Source of the DNA: Planctomycetota bacterium
Lineage (GTDB): Bacteria > Planctomycetota > UBA1135 > GCA-002748355
Length of the DNA stretch: 64,000 nucleotides
Direction: 5' to 3'
Assembly (NCBI GenBank): GCA_002748355.1
Contig: PDSF01000029.1
Span: forward strand, 110,262 to 174,261
Shown here: positions 10,861 through 19,410 of the stretch, in pieces
Layout of the letters: every line of letters starts with the position of its first letter
Position numbering within the stretch: the first letter of the stretch is position 1
Translations under genes and position numbers: made by a program
The notes under the pieces: model-generated
Seen by the model: only the letters and a program-made list of their open reading frames with translations
What the model was told of the DNA's origin: nothing
The model's database searches: none

Positions 10861-12150
10861 TCAGCTGCGCTTCACCATCAGGTAGTTCCAGCTCTTGCCG
10901 GCACCGAAGGAGAGCAGCATGACGTGCTGACCAGACTTGATCTTCGGCGTCACCACTTCGCGACTGGGGACCTTGATCTCGCCCTTGCCATCACGCTTGG
11001 TCAGCGTGAGGTAGCGAGACTCCATGCGCAGGGCCTCATACAGCGAGATTCCCACAGAGGCCGCAGAGGTGTTGCCGTATTTGTGCAGCGTCACATACAT
11101 GCGCTCGAAGGGGATCCCCATCTCGTTGGCCAGATCTTGGTTGAGCGAGAGGTTGGCGCTATGCGGCACGAACATGTCAATCTTGCTCGCCAGATACTGG
11201 GAGATCTCACGGCGACGCCCACGGTCACGGATCTCGGCCAGGGACTGCACCGAGTCGAGTTCCAGCCCTTCGGGAGCATCCTCTAAGAGACCAGAGCGCC
11301 GTAACACTTCGAGGTAGCCCTCCCGGGGCACCGTGCCAGTAACGAAGCGATAGACCTGGCGCCCGTCCATCTCGAAGAAACGTCGCTCGCCAGGCTTATT
11401 GCTACCAAAGAAGCCCTCGCCGTAAATCTCGGGGGTCTCCTCCGTCGGCGGGAAGTTCTTGAGGATGCTCAACGGATGGTTCTCGACGTTGAGCACGCTG
11501 CGCTGCTGAATCACGTCAGCACGACGCCCCTCGGTCCGCATGAAGTGCCCGAGCACTTGGAAGCTCGGGCTCTTGGCCGGAGCACGCGGTTCTTCCGCAG
11601 ACACGATGCAGGATGTAGCAGCATCGCCGAGGAGGATGGCATCACGCTCGGTCCAGTCGACCATGCGCGTCACCACATCGGCCCCGACCACGAGCACGTT
11701 GCGGAAACCACCGCCACGCACCATCGCTGTCGCCATGCCGATGGCTCCGAGGAAGCTCGCGCAGCCCTGCTGCACATCGAGGGCGCCAGCATTGCGCATG
11801 CGCATGCGGCCCTGCTCATCTTTGCCAAAGGCCACCGCAATCTGACCAGCGCCGGCGGGATATACCCAGTGCGGCGTGTTCGTCGCCAAGAGGATCAGAT
11901 CGATCTCTTCGGGATCAATACCGGAGAGTTCTATGGTCTCCTTAGCGGCAAGGTAGCCCATGTCGGTACCGAGCTGGTCCGGGTCGGCGATGCGCCGAGT
12001 ATGGATACCCGTGTGCTCAGCGATCCAACGAGCATTGGTATGGAGCCAGGGCATCCCCTGCTCAATCTGCTCGTTACTCAGTTCCTTCGGTGGCAGATAG
12101 ACGCCGAGTCCATGCAGATGGATCGGGACTTCGTTGATCGGGGTGCTCAC
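10861..12150 (-). CDS. 3-oxoacyl-ACP synthase III (FabH/KAS III)-like condensing enzyme with insertions
   Basis: A Cys-His-Asn triad is recognisable (VQQGCASFL, VPHSANLS, YGNTSAAS). Extra segments lie before the His motif and near the C-terminus. I prefer the GTG start at 12150, which forms a GTGA overlap with the upstream small ORF; the track start at 12207 is the alternative. Confidence 0.8.
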   Translation of the reverse strand: MSTPINEVPIHLHGLGVYLPPKELSNEQIEQGMPWLHTNARWIAEHTGIHTRRIADPDQLGTDMGYLAAKETIELSGIDPEEIDLILLATNTPHWVYPAGAGQIAVAFGKDEQGRMRMRNAGALDVQQGCASFLGAIGMATAMVRGGGFRNVLVVGADVVTRMVDWTERDAILLGDAATSCIVSAEEPRAPAKSPSFQVLGHFMRTEGRRADVIQQRSVLNVENHPLSILKNFPPTEETPEIYGEGFFGSNKPGERRFFEMDGRQVYRFVTGTVPREGYLEVLRRSGLLEDAPEGLELDSVQSLAEIRDRGRRREISQYLASKIDMFVPHSANLSLNQDLANEMGIPFERMYVTLHKYGNTSAASVGISLYEALRMESRYLTLTKRDGKGEIKVPSREVVTPKIKSGQHVMLLSFGAGKSWNYLMVKRS

Positions 12151-12335
12151 GGGTCGATCCACATCCTCTCGATCAGGAGCATCACCACGAAGGGGCCAAT
12201 GACCCACAGGGCGATGATGGCGGTTTTTTGCAGAGCGATTCGCGCGAGCCGATGTGGCTCACGCTCCATTCGGGCGCAATAGGCCAGCGCACCGAGAAAA
12301 CTCACGAGCAGCAAGAGCACAAGGCGAAAGATCAT
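12147..12335 (-). CDS. small two-TM membrane protein (hypothetical)
   Basis: 62-aa ORF with two hydrophobic segments (LVLLLLVSFLGALAY, IIALWVIGPFVVMLLI). ATGA overlap with the upstream gene and GTGA overlap with the KAS III-like gene. No homology recognised. Confidence 0.4.
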   Translation of the reverse strand: MIFRLVLLLLVSFLGALAYCARMEREPHRLARIALQKTAIIALWVIGPFVVMLLIERMWIDP

Positions 12336-13228
12336 CTCTGTCCCTCCCGTGCTCCGGCATTGGAGGTGGCTTGGTCACTAAGCCCCAGCCGGCGCCGTTC
12401 TGCCAGGGTGTAAACGTCTACCGCGACCGCCAAGTTGAGCAAGCCAGCGATCGAAAGCAGGGTCACGCCCAAGTCGACATGCGGCAAATCCTCGGTGATC
12501 TGCAGCGGACCGAGCAAGACGTTTCCGAGCAGCGTCGCTAGACCGTTGCCCGACTGGGCAGCCCACCACCAATAGAGCTGCGAACGATCACAGCCGCAGA
12601 AGCCACTGAAGTAGAGCCCCATGCCAAAGAGCGCGAAGAGGCTGCCAGCGCAGAGGAAGCCGAGAGCCCGACGCCCTTCCCAGAAGTAGCCCGCTCCCGG
12701 AATAAGCCAGGCCAGGAAGGCAGAGAAAGCTGGCTGAGTCCGGAGCGACAGCGAGTTCGGCTTTAGGGCCGAGCGCGATTCGAAGTATTGGGTGCTGCCG
12801 ACACCCCAGGCCGCATCGGTGGCGAAAAAGACGTTGAGATAGCCCGAGGCAGCGGTGAGGGCGAGTCCGAGGTGTTCGTTAGCGAGGGGGAGACGCAAGC
12901 CAGGCTCAAGGATGTTCTCCGGCCCAAAGGCGAGCCAAGCGACCAAGGCCGGCGCAAAGTTGAGCCCCTCCGGAATCAAGTGCAGGGGCAAGAAGCCCAG
13001 GATGCTCCCCAGCAGACTGCCACCACCAAAGGAAGCGCTGAAGGCGAAGAGCCGCTCACCGATCAACCCGAAGCCGAGCACAAAGAGCGCAACTGGCAAG
13101 AGGAAGGCCAGCACCGCCGTTTTGGCGCGTCCTTGCAGCAGGTGCCCGAGGCCTGGGACCAAGAGCCCAGCCACGAGGGCACGGTAGACGGGTTTGGGGT
13201 CGACACTCACGAAAAAGGATCCGGGCAA
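12332..13228 (-). CDS. polytopic membrane protein with internal duplication (hypothetical)
   Basis: 298-aa ORF, multi-TM. A repeated motif is present: LLVPGLGHLLQGRAKTAVLAFLL and WLIPGAGYFWEGRRALGFLCAG. The start is non-ATG (TTG 13228 or GTG 13210). Confidence 0.55.
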   Translation of the reverse strand: MPGSFFVSVDPKPVYRALVAGLLVPGLGHLLQGRAKTAVLAFLLPVALFVLGFGLIGERLFAFSASFGGGSLLGSILGFLPLHLIPEGLNFAPALVAWLAFGPENILEPGLRLPLANEHLGLALTAASGYLNVFFATDAAWGVGSTQYFESRSALKPNSLSLRTQPAFSAFLAWLIPGAGYFWEGRRALGFLCAGSLFALFGMGLYFSGFCGCDRSQLYWWWAAQSGNGLATLLGNVLLGPLQITEDLPHVDLGVTLLSIAGLLNLAVAVDVYTLAERRRLGLSDQATSNAGAREGQR

Positions 13229-13271
13229 GAGCTAGGGCAGGGGAAAAGGCGGCACAGGATAGCCCTGGCAG

Positions 13272-13730
13272 TCAGAAGAGACCAACGGGCAGAGCACAGG
13301 GTCGCATCTCATCGTCGAGCAAGCCCAATTTCGTATGCGCATCTGCAAGTAAGAGGCCGCCGCCATCGCCTGCTTGGTCGGCAAAGAGCTTATAGGCCAT
13401 CACCAGCGAGGCCTTGCGCCGCTCAGTCAGCCAAGTCTCGATGCGAATCAGGTTGTCGTACTGCGCCGAACGCTTGAAGCGGAAGCCCATGTCGACCACC
13501 GCCAGGAAGAGCCCCTTTTTTTCGAGGTCCGCATAGCTGCGCCCCTGATGCCGGATCCATTCGCTTCGCGCCTCCTCGACCCAAAGCACGTAGGCGCCGT
13601 GATGGGCCACCCCCATTTGGTCGGTCTCGGCATAGCGCACCCGCAGCCAATGCCAGCAGACCCAGCCACGCTCGTCTTCAAAGAGCCGGGTTGGGGGGAG
13701 GACCAGGGGAGACTCGAAGGGGTCGGACAT
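13272..13730 (-). CDS. acyl-CoA thioesterase, 4HBT/YbgC family
   Basis: 152-aa ORF with the hotdog-fold signature YAETDQMGVAHHGAYVLWVEEARSEWIRHQG. Begins 2 nt after the stop of the upstream dehydrogenase gene. Confidence 0.8.
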   Translation of the reverse strand: MSDPFESPLVLPPTRLFEDERGWVCWHWLRVRYAETDQMGVAHHGAYVLWVEEARSEWIRHQGRSYADLEKKGLFLAVVDMGFRFKRSAQYDNLIRIETWLTERRKASLVMAYKLFADQAGDGGGLLLADAHTKLGLLDDEMRPCALPVGLF

Positions 13731-13732
13731 GC

Positions 13733-14851
13733 TCAGTTTCCTCGGCTAGTGGGCTTCTGGCGCTCGGCTGGGAAAAACGGTGCTCCCTTCGCAGCCTGCA
13801 GCCGCTCCTCGGCCATGCGGTCAGCAAGGTCGTGCGGCGGCTCCCCTTCGTACTCAGCCTTCTCGAAGATCTCCAGCAGGGCATCCTCGATGCGATCGAT
13901 CGCCGCGTCCTGGTCGCGATCACCCGTCAAATGGTAGTTTGCCCCCAGCACTAAGGCGCCGCTGTTGGTGATGAAGTCGGGTGCCAGGAGTATCCCTCGA
14001 TCCCAGAGCACCTGCGCATATTCCGGCCCAGCAAGCACGTTGTTGGCGCTGCCGACAATGGCATCACAGCGGAAGCGTCCGACGCTGAAATCGTGAACAA
14101 TGCCGCCAAGGGCACAGGGAACGAAGATGTCGCAGTCGACGCCATAGACCGATCCCGGCTGCACCGCCTCCGCCCCAAGCTCAGCACAGGTGGCGCTAAG
14201 CAAGTCCGGATCGAGCTCGGAAAGGGTCAGGCGCGCCCCCGCTGCGTGCAGCTGCTGCGCCACCTTGCGGCCAACACCGCCAAGACCCTGCACACAGAAG
14301 TGCTGCCCTTCGAAGCCTTGCCGAGCTGGGTCCGAGGAATACTGCGGGTGCTTGCGTGACAGATAGCGAACGACCGCACGCAGGCCAGCCATCACCCCAC
14401 GGGCGGTGGCCAGGGAAAGATCCCCGGGACCTTCTGCCCCCGGCCGAGTCACGAAGCGGGTCGTCTCCGCCAGGAAACCGAGCTCCGCCTCTCCCGTACC
14501 GACATCCGGTCCGGTGTAATACCGCCCCCCCATGCTCTCGACGTATTCTCCGAGGCGACGGTAGGCCCCCGGCACATCGAGATTGGGGTGGTCGAACAAG
14601 ACCACCTTGCCGCCACCACCAGCCACGCCCGCGAGCACGCACTTTTTGGACATCGCCTGCGAGAGACGAAGCACATCAGCGAGACCCTCACGCGGATTGC
14701 GATAGTCGAATCGGCGAACGCCACCAAAGGCGGGACCTTGGCTGGTGTCATGGATCGCGACAAAGGCAAGCATTCCCAGGTCTAGATCCTGAAGGATCTG
14801 GACCTGCTCGTGCTCGGCTCCAATCATCGCTTCCAACAGTTCTGTCGGCAT
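13733..14851 (-). CDS. Glu/Leu/Phe/Val dehydrogenase family protein (leucine dehydrogenase-like)
   Basis: 372-aa ORF with GPAFGGVRRFDY and the AGVAGGGGKVV catalytic Lys region. C-terminal Rossmann motif VQGLGGVGRKVAQQL. Confidence 0.85.
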   Translation of the reverse strand: MPTELLEAMIGAEHEQVQILQDLDLGMLAFVAIHDTSQGPAFGGVRRFDYRNPREGLADVLRLSQAMSKKCVLAGVAGGGGKVVLFDHPNLDVPGAYRRLGEYVESMGGRYYTGPDVGTGEAELGFLAETTRFVTRPGAEGPGDLSLATARGVMAGLRAVVRYLSRKHPQYSSDPARQGFEGQHFCVQGLGGVGRKVAQQLHAAGARLTLSELDPDLLSATCAELGAEAVQPGSVYGVDCDIFVPCALGGIVHDFSVGRFRCDAIVGSANNVLAGPEYAQVLWDRGILLAPDFITNSGALVLGANYHLTGDRDQDAAIDRIEDALLEIFEKAEYEGEPPHDLADRMAEERLQAAKGAPFFPAERQKPTSRGN

Positions 14852-15002
14852 GCTGCCAACTCACCGCAATCGGAGCCCTGGCGCAAGCCTGCGCCTGAGC
14901 CTCCGTCCAAGCGCATTGCCTGACCAAACCGCCACGTTCATCGCCAAAGGTTCAAAGAGACCATCACTCTGAGCCCCATGGCTGCCCTTCCGAGGCCCGA
15001 AG

Positions 15003-15983
15003 ATGCCGAGTTCCTCCGCCATACTGCGCCCCCTCGCCCTCCTCGCCGCCCTGCTGCTTCTCGGGCTGAGCGCCTGCAGTTCCCGCGGCGAGTCGGCCGC
15101 TAAGGATCCGAGCATCGAGAAGCAGTTCTCCGAAACAGAGAAGATGCGCCAGGAGCAGAAAGCACGGGAACAACAGACGGGCTTCCTGCTCAAGCGCTTC
15201 GACGATGCGCTCAATGCCTACCACCACAATCTGCAACTCGGCAGCGGCCAGGACATCGCGACCAAGGTCGAGAGCGTGCGTCAGCTCCTCGAGCAGGAAG
15301 CGCTCCGCTTCCAATCTCAGCTGCTGGGTTTCCTCCGCGACGAAGAAGCCCGGCCGCGCTGGATCGCCGCGGCGGCACTCGGCTTCTCCGGTGACCCCAA
15401 GGTCATGGAAGCCCTGGTCGTCATGCTGAAAGATCCAGTCGCTCGCGTGCGAGAGAGCGCGGCCCTCGGCCTCGGGCAGCTGGCTGTCCCCTATACCCCC
15501 CTCGACGCCCTCGAGGAGCGGCTCTTCGATCCGCGCGAAGAACTCCCGGTCCAGCGCAGTGTGGCCTGGTGCCTGGTCCGCCTGCAGCTGGCGAAGGCGC
15601 CAGCCGAACCCTTCCGCCGAATCTGGCCCGAGCTCCTCGCCGGAAATCTCTTCCGCAAGGACGAGATCCTCAGCCTCCATGGACTCCACGGCCTCGGCCT
15701 AGTCGGCGAGCAGCGCTTCGCTGCCGAGGCCAAGCGCTACCTGGCACATCCCCGGGCGCTGCTTAGGCAAAGCGCCCTCATCGCCCTCGCACGCTGCGGG
15801 ACTCGCGAGAACGCTTCCGACATCCTCCCCTTCCTATCGCAGGCAGAGAGCGCCCCCAACGTTCGTCTCACCGCCCGCAAGGCACTCAAGCACCTCACGG
15901 GAAATCGGGTAGACCACGGCTTCGACCTCGGCGCCTGGCGCGCCGAGTTCGGACTGGTGGAGCAGGAGCAAAAAGACGGTTAG
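15003..15983 (+). CDS. HEAT-repeat lipoprotein (hypothetical)
   Basis: 326-aa ORF with signal peptide plus lipobox (LLLLGLSAC). HEAT-like repeats are present (AAAALGFSGDPKVMEALVVMLKDPVARVRESAALGLGQL; RQSALIALARCG). Confidence 0.6.
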   Translation: MPSSSAILRPLALLAALLLLGLSACSSRGESAAKDPSIEKQFSETEKMRQEQKAREQQTGFLLKRFDDALNAYHHNLQLGSGQDIATKVESVRQLLEQEALRFQSQLLGFLRDEEARPRWIAAAALGFSGDPKVMEALVVMLKDPVARVRESAALGLGQLAVPYTPLDALEERLFDPREELPVQRSVAWCLVRLQLAKAPAEPFRRIWPELLAGNLFRKDEILSLHGLHGLGLVGEQRFAAEAKRYLAHPRALLRQSALIALARCGTRENASDILPFLSQAESAPNVRLTARKALKHLTGNRVDHGFDLGAWRAEFGLVEQEQKDG

Positions 15984-15992
15984 CCTCGGGGC

Positions 15993-17219
15993 ATGGCCTT
16001 ACCCCCTCCCTCTAGGCTTTTTGCCCTCGCGTTCGGTACACTGAGCGCCCTGGCGCTGATCGCCGCGAAAAGCGGACAAGCCCAAGGCTTCGTCGCTCCT
16101 CAGGGCCGCAGCAAGCAGCTCGAAGCCCTGGCCAAGGGTCCGGTCCAGGCCCTCGCCGGGCTTCGAATCGAGCTGCGCGCCAAGAAGCGGGTTCCGGAGA
16201 AGAAGGACTTAGAAGCGCCCAAGGCTGGGGCAGAGCAGAAACGCCCAAGCGCGAAAGCCAGCAGCAGCCTCCTCCGTATCGACCTCCAGCACCCCAGCCG
16301 TATGCGAGTCGAGTTCCGCCGTGCCGAAAAGATGCCCCCGGAGCGGATCTGGATTCTCGACGGCACCAAGCACTGGCACTGCGAAGCGGATGGTGCCCAC
16401 CTCCTGCTTCGTGGGGACTCGGCCAAGGAAATGGAGGCACTGTTCGCGCTCGCAATGAGCCTGGCGCACTGGGACCAGCTCGCTCCTGGTGCCGAGCTGC
16501 GTAGCGAGAAGGGAATACTCCTCAGCCATGCCAAGCTGGGCTCCCGCCAGCTACGGGTCCGGCGCTCCGCTTGCGCCTGGCAAATCGGCGAGCAGCGCTA
16601 CCGCCTGGTAGGGCGCCATGGGCAGCTCCCCCGCCACCTGATCGGGGAGGCACAGAGTTTCGAGCTTCTGCGCTTCGAGCCGGGACTGCACTTCCTCGAG
16701 ACCCGCTTCGACCCCAAGCAGCTGGGAAAAGAAGAGCTGCGAACGCTGCGGCAGGGAGTTCCCGAGCCCAACTTCCGAGCGCCAAAGCTGGAACGCCAAA
16801 AAGGCTTCAGCTACCTCGAGCTGACAGATCCCGGATCTTGGCCCATGCGCCTGCAAAAGGTTCACGAACTGGGCATGGCCCTGTTCCAAGCTCGGCAGCT
16901 CCCCGCAGGCCTGCCCATCTATACCAGCACGGGCAAGCTCTGGATCCCCTTCCAAGGGCCCGCCGGAAAAGCGGCGCAGGCTCCACCCGGCCAGCAGCGC
17001 CAAGAACTCGGCCCGGGCCTCGTCCTGGTCCTCCACTGCCGCGCAACGATGCCCGCCGGCCAGAAGCTTCTCGCCAAGCGCCTCCTCGCAGCCCTACGCC
17101 GCATGGGCCGCAAGCCGGCTGGCCCCCTCATGCTCCGCCCCCACGTGCTCCCCGGCGACGAAGTCCCCGGCCCCAAAACCCAAGTCCTCCTGCGGGGCGA
17201 GCTGCGCGTCCGGGATTGA
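15993..17219 (+). CDS. hypothetical secreted protein
   Basis: 408-aa ORF with a signal-peptide-like N-terminus (FALAFGTLSALALIAAKSGQAQG). Same strand as its flanking genes, 9 nt after the previous one. No confident domain call. Confidence 0.5.
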   Translation: MALPPPSRLFALAFGTLSALALIAAKSGQAQGFVAPQGRSKQLEALAKGPVQALAGLRIELRAKKRVPEKKDLEAPKAGAEQKRPSAKASSSLLRIDLQHPSRMRVEFRRAEKMPPERIWILDGTKHWHCEADGAHLLLRGDSAKEMEALFALAMSLAHWDQLAPGAELRSEKGILLSHAKLGSRQLRVRRSACAWQIGEQRYRLVGRHGQLPRHLIGEAQSFELLRFEPGLHFLETRFDPKQLGKEELRTLRQGVPEPNFRAPKLERQKGFSYLELTDPGSWPMRLQKVHELGMALFQARQLPAGLPIYTSTGKLWIPFQGPAGKAAQAPPGQQRQELGPGLVLVLHCRATMPAGQKLLAKRLLAALRRMGRKPAGPLMLRPHVLPGDEVPGPKTQVLLRGELRVRD

Positions 17220-17363
17220 CCGGCCGCTTAGGCAGGGCAGGGACGACGGCAAGGGAGGCCCCGCGACGAGGCCGCCGGGCCCTGAGGATTCGCAGCACCT
17301 GTCCCCTCACGGGGGCAACTAGGCCCCTCAGGCACTGGTATCTTCTTTGCCTCTACTCACTCC

Positions 17364-19319
17364 ATGATGACGCCAAGGCCCTGGCCCCTATTCGCTCTCT
17401 TCGCCTTGCTGCTCGCCCCCGCTGTTCTCCAAGCACAGCGAATGGGCAGCGACGCCCACGCCCAAGGCCGCCGGGCTACGGACCGTCCGACAGCCCGGGC
17501 TACGGCGAGGCCCACGGCACGCGCGATTCCTCGGGTAAGGGCTCGCCCTGCAGCAGGTGCTACGGCTCGCCCTAGGGTTCAGGTCAGCCCTCGCCCCACC
17601 GCTCGCCCGGCTCCCAAGCCACAGATGCGAAGTGTTTCCCGGCGTCCAATACGACCTGTCCCGCGCAGCACGACGCGCAGCTTGCCCCGTGCCGCCACCA
17701 GCGCAGCGGCGCGGATGCGCGCCACCCTTCGCCCACGGCCTCGAGCAAGCTCAGCCCAAACACCAAGGCGCAGCGCCAGGCCACGCCGCCCCATCACTCC
17801 CATCCGGCCCTACCCAAGCCAAACGAGAAGCCCCGCCCATGGCAGCTATACGAGGCCAAGCCGACGTCCGAGCGTCCGCCCCATCCCCCGACGGACGACA
17901 GCCGTCAGGTCAACGGGCACTCAGCCGAGAAACAGGCTTAGCGCCAGGAAGCGAGGCAGCATCAGCCCAGCCGCCATCTTCCGATCGGCCAGCCCCAGCA
18001 GCGACAGACGGAAGGCCAGGACTCGCAGCCTGCACAAAGCAGCTCGCCCGAAGCCGCTGGTGAAGCGCTTTGTCCCGGATGCGCAGGCCAAACGCCCCAA
18101 GCTGCGCAGCGATCCCCTCCCCCCCAGCTTCCAGCCACACAGCTCCCAGCCACGGAGCGAGAAGCTCAAGAGCCGTAGTGTCTTTCTGCGCGGCCAGGAC
18201 CAAGCCATCAAGCCCATAGCCCGCAGGGTCGTCAACGATCGACATCCCTATGCCAGCAGCAAGCGACGACCGGTCCCGGGAAGCCAAACCCCAATCGCAC
18301 GAAGGGCCCTCGGCAACGCCGTCGCTAGAGGGACCCAAGCCCCCGGCCTTCCTCGCCTTGGCCAGCTCTACGCCCACAACCCAGGTCTCATCGACACCAT
18401 CGGCACCCGGGTCTTTGCCAGTAAGGGGCGCGACAGCTACCTGCAACGCAGCCGTCACCACTACCGGGCACGCTTTGGACTGAGCTTCTGCTTCGGCGGC
18501 AGCAGCTTCTACACCGGCTTCTGGAACTACTGCCACCGCAGCTGCTACGCACCCTATTGGTGGGACTGCTACCAGCTTCGCTGGGGCAAGAGCTTCTACT
18601 GGTGGCTGCCCGCAGGCTGCTACCCCACCTGGCGCCGCTACTGGAGCAATTGGTGGTGCTGGTCGACCTCGTATGACTGCCAGCCCTGGGAGCTCTCGGG
18701 CTACTGGGGCACGCCGATGGGCTTCTACGCCTTCAGCTCTAGTGTCGACCCCGATAGCAGCTCAACGATCTACACCGAGCACATGGACGATGATGACAGC
18801 GAGCCAGTAAGCGTCGATCTTCCCGAGGAGAGTTCCGTCACCCGACTCGCCCGCCAGTATCTCGAGCTCGGCGAACTCTACTTTCGGACGCGCCGCTACC
18901 TGCGCGCCGTATCCGCCTACGAGAAAGCGGTCGAGCTAGCGCCCGACGACCCCATCCTCCACCTCCTTCTCTCGGACGCACTCTTCGCGGACGGTCGCTA
19001 CGCACGCGCCGCCTTCGAAATCCGTCAGGCCTTCGACCTCGACCCAAATCTGGCGAAGGCCTCCATCGACAAGCGGCTCCTCTACGGCTTCCCCGAAGAC
19101 TTCAGCAAGCAGCTAGGCCGCCTCGAGGACTTCGTCGCGAAGACCCCCTTCGACACCAATGCCCGACTGGTCCTCATCGTCAACCTACTCTTCAGCGACC
19201 AGCTAGACCGGGCTGAAAAGCAGATCGAAGTGCTCGCCGGACACCTGAAGGGAAACGAAATCGTGCCGCTACTCACCGAGGCCATAGAGGAAGCTCTCTT
19301 GCGCCGCTCAGCGAAGTAA
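17364..19319 (+). CDS. secreted protein: Arg/Pro-rich low-complexity region, Trp/Cys/Tyr-rich block, C-terminal TPR repeats
   Basis: 651-aa ORF. Signal peptide MMTPRPWPLFALFALLLAPAVLQAQ. Degenerate ARPT-type repeats. W/C-rich block encoded at about 18477-18740. TPR-like C-terminus (YLELGELYFRTRRYLRAVSAYEKAVELAPDDP...). Confidence 0.6.
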   Translation: MMTPRPWPLFALFALLLAPAVLQAQRMGSDAHAQGRRATDRPTARATARPTARAIPRVRARPAAGATARPRVQVSPRPTARPAPKPQMRSVSRRPIRPVPRSTTRSLPRAATSAAARMRATLRPRPRASSAQTPRRSARPRRPITPIRPYPSQTRSPAHGSYTRPSRRPSVRPIPRRTTAVRSTGTQPRNRLSARKRGSISPAAIFRSASPSSDRRKARTRSLHKAARPKPLVKRFVPDAQAKRPKLRSDPLPPSFQPHSSQPRSEKLKSRSVFLRGQDQAIKPIARRVVNDRHPYASSKRRPVPGSQTPIARRALGNAVARGTQAPGLPRLGQLYAHNPGLIDTIGTRVFASKGRDSYLQRSRHHYRARFGLSFCFGGSSFYTGFWNYCHRSCYAPYWWDCYQLRWGKSFYWWLPAGCYPTWRRYWSNWWCWSTSYDCQPWELSGYWGTPMGFYAFSSSVDPDSSSTIYTEHMDDDDSEPVSVDLPEESSVTRLARQYLELGELYFRTRRYLRAVSAYEKAVELAPDDPILHLLLSDALFADGRYARAAFEIRQAFDLDPNLAKASIDKRLLYGFPEDFSKQLGRLEDFVAKTPFDTNARLVLIVNLLFSDQLDRAEKQIEVLAGHLKGNEIVPLLTEAIEEALLRRSAK

Positions 19320-19336
19320 GCCCCTAGCAGTAGCAA

Positions 19337-19358
19337 TGCGCCAGAGCCCCCTGGCGCA
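19337..19358. terminator. GC-rich hairpin in a convergent intergenic gap (candidate bidirectional terminator)
   Basis: tgcgccag-agcccc-ctggcgca forms an 8-bp stem with a 6-nt loop, between gene ends at 19319 (+) and 19411 (-). There is no U-tract. Confidence 0.4.
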
Positions 19359-19410
19359 CAAGAGTTCGGCACCCAGGGCCTAGGCGTGGCACCCTTCGCT
19401 TCTTCGCAAG

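Noticed and set aside
16571-17575. Long Arg/Pro/Ala-rich alternative-frame ORFs here and at 38826..39842, 40197..41417, 46633..47442, 52631..53437 and 54753..55475.
   Set aside because: They are out-of-frame overlaps of better-supported genes on the same strand. Their RPAG-rich translations are characteristic of shifted frames in GC-rich coding DNA.
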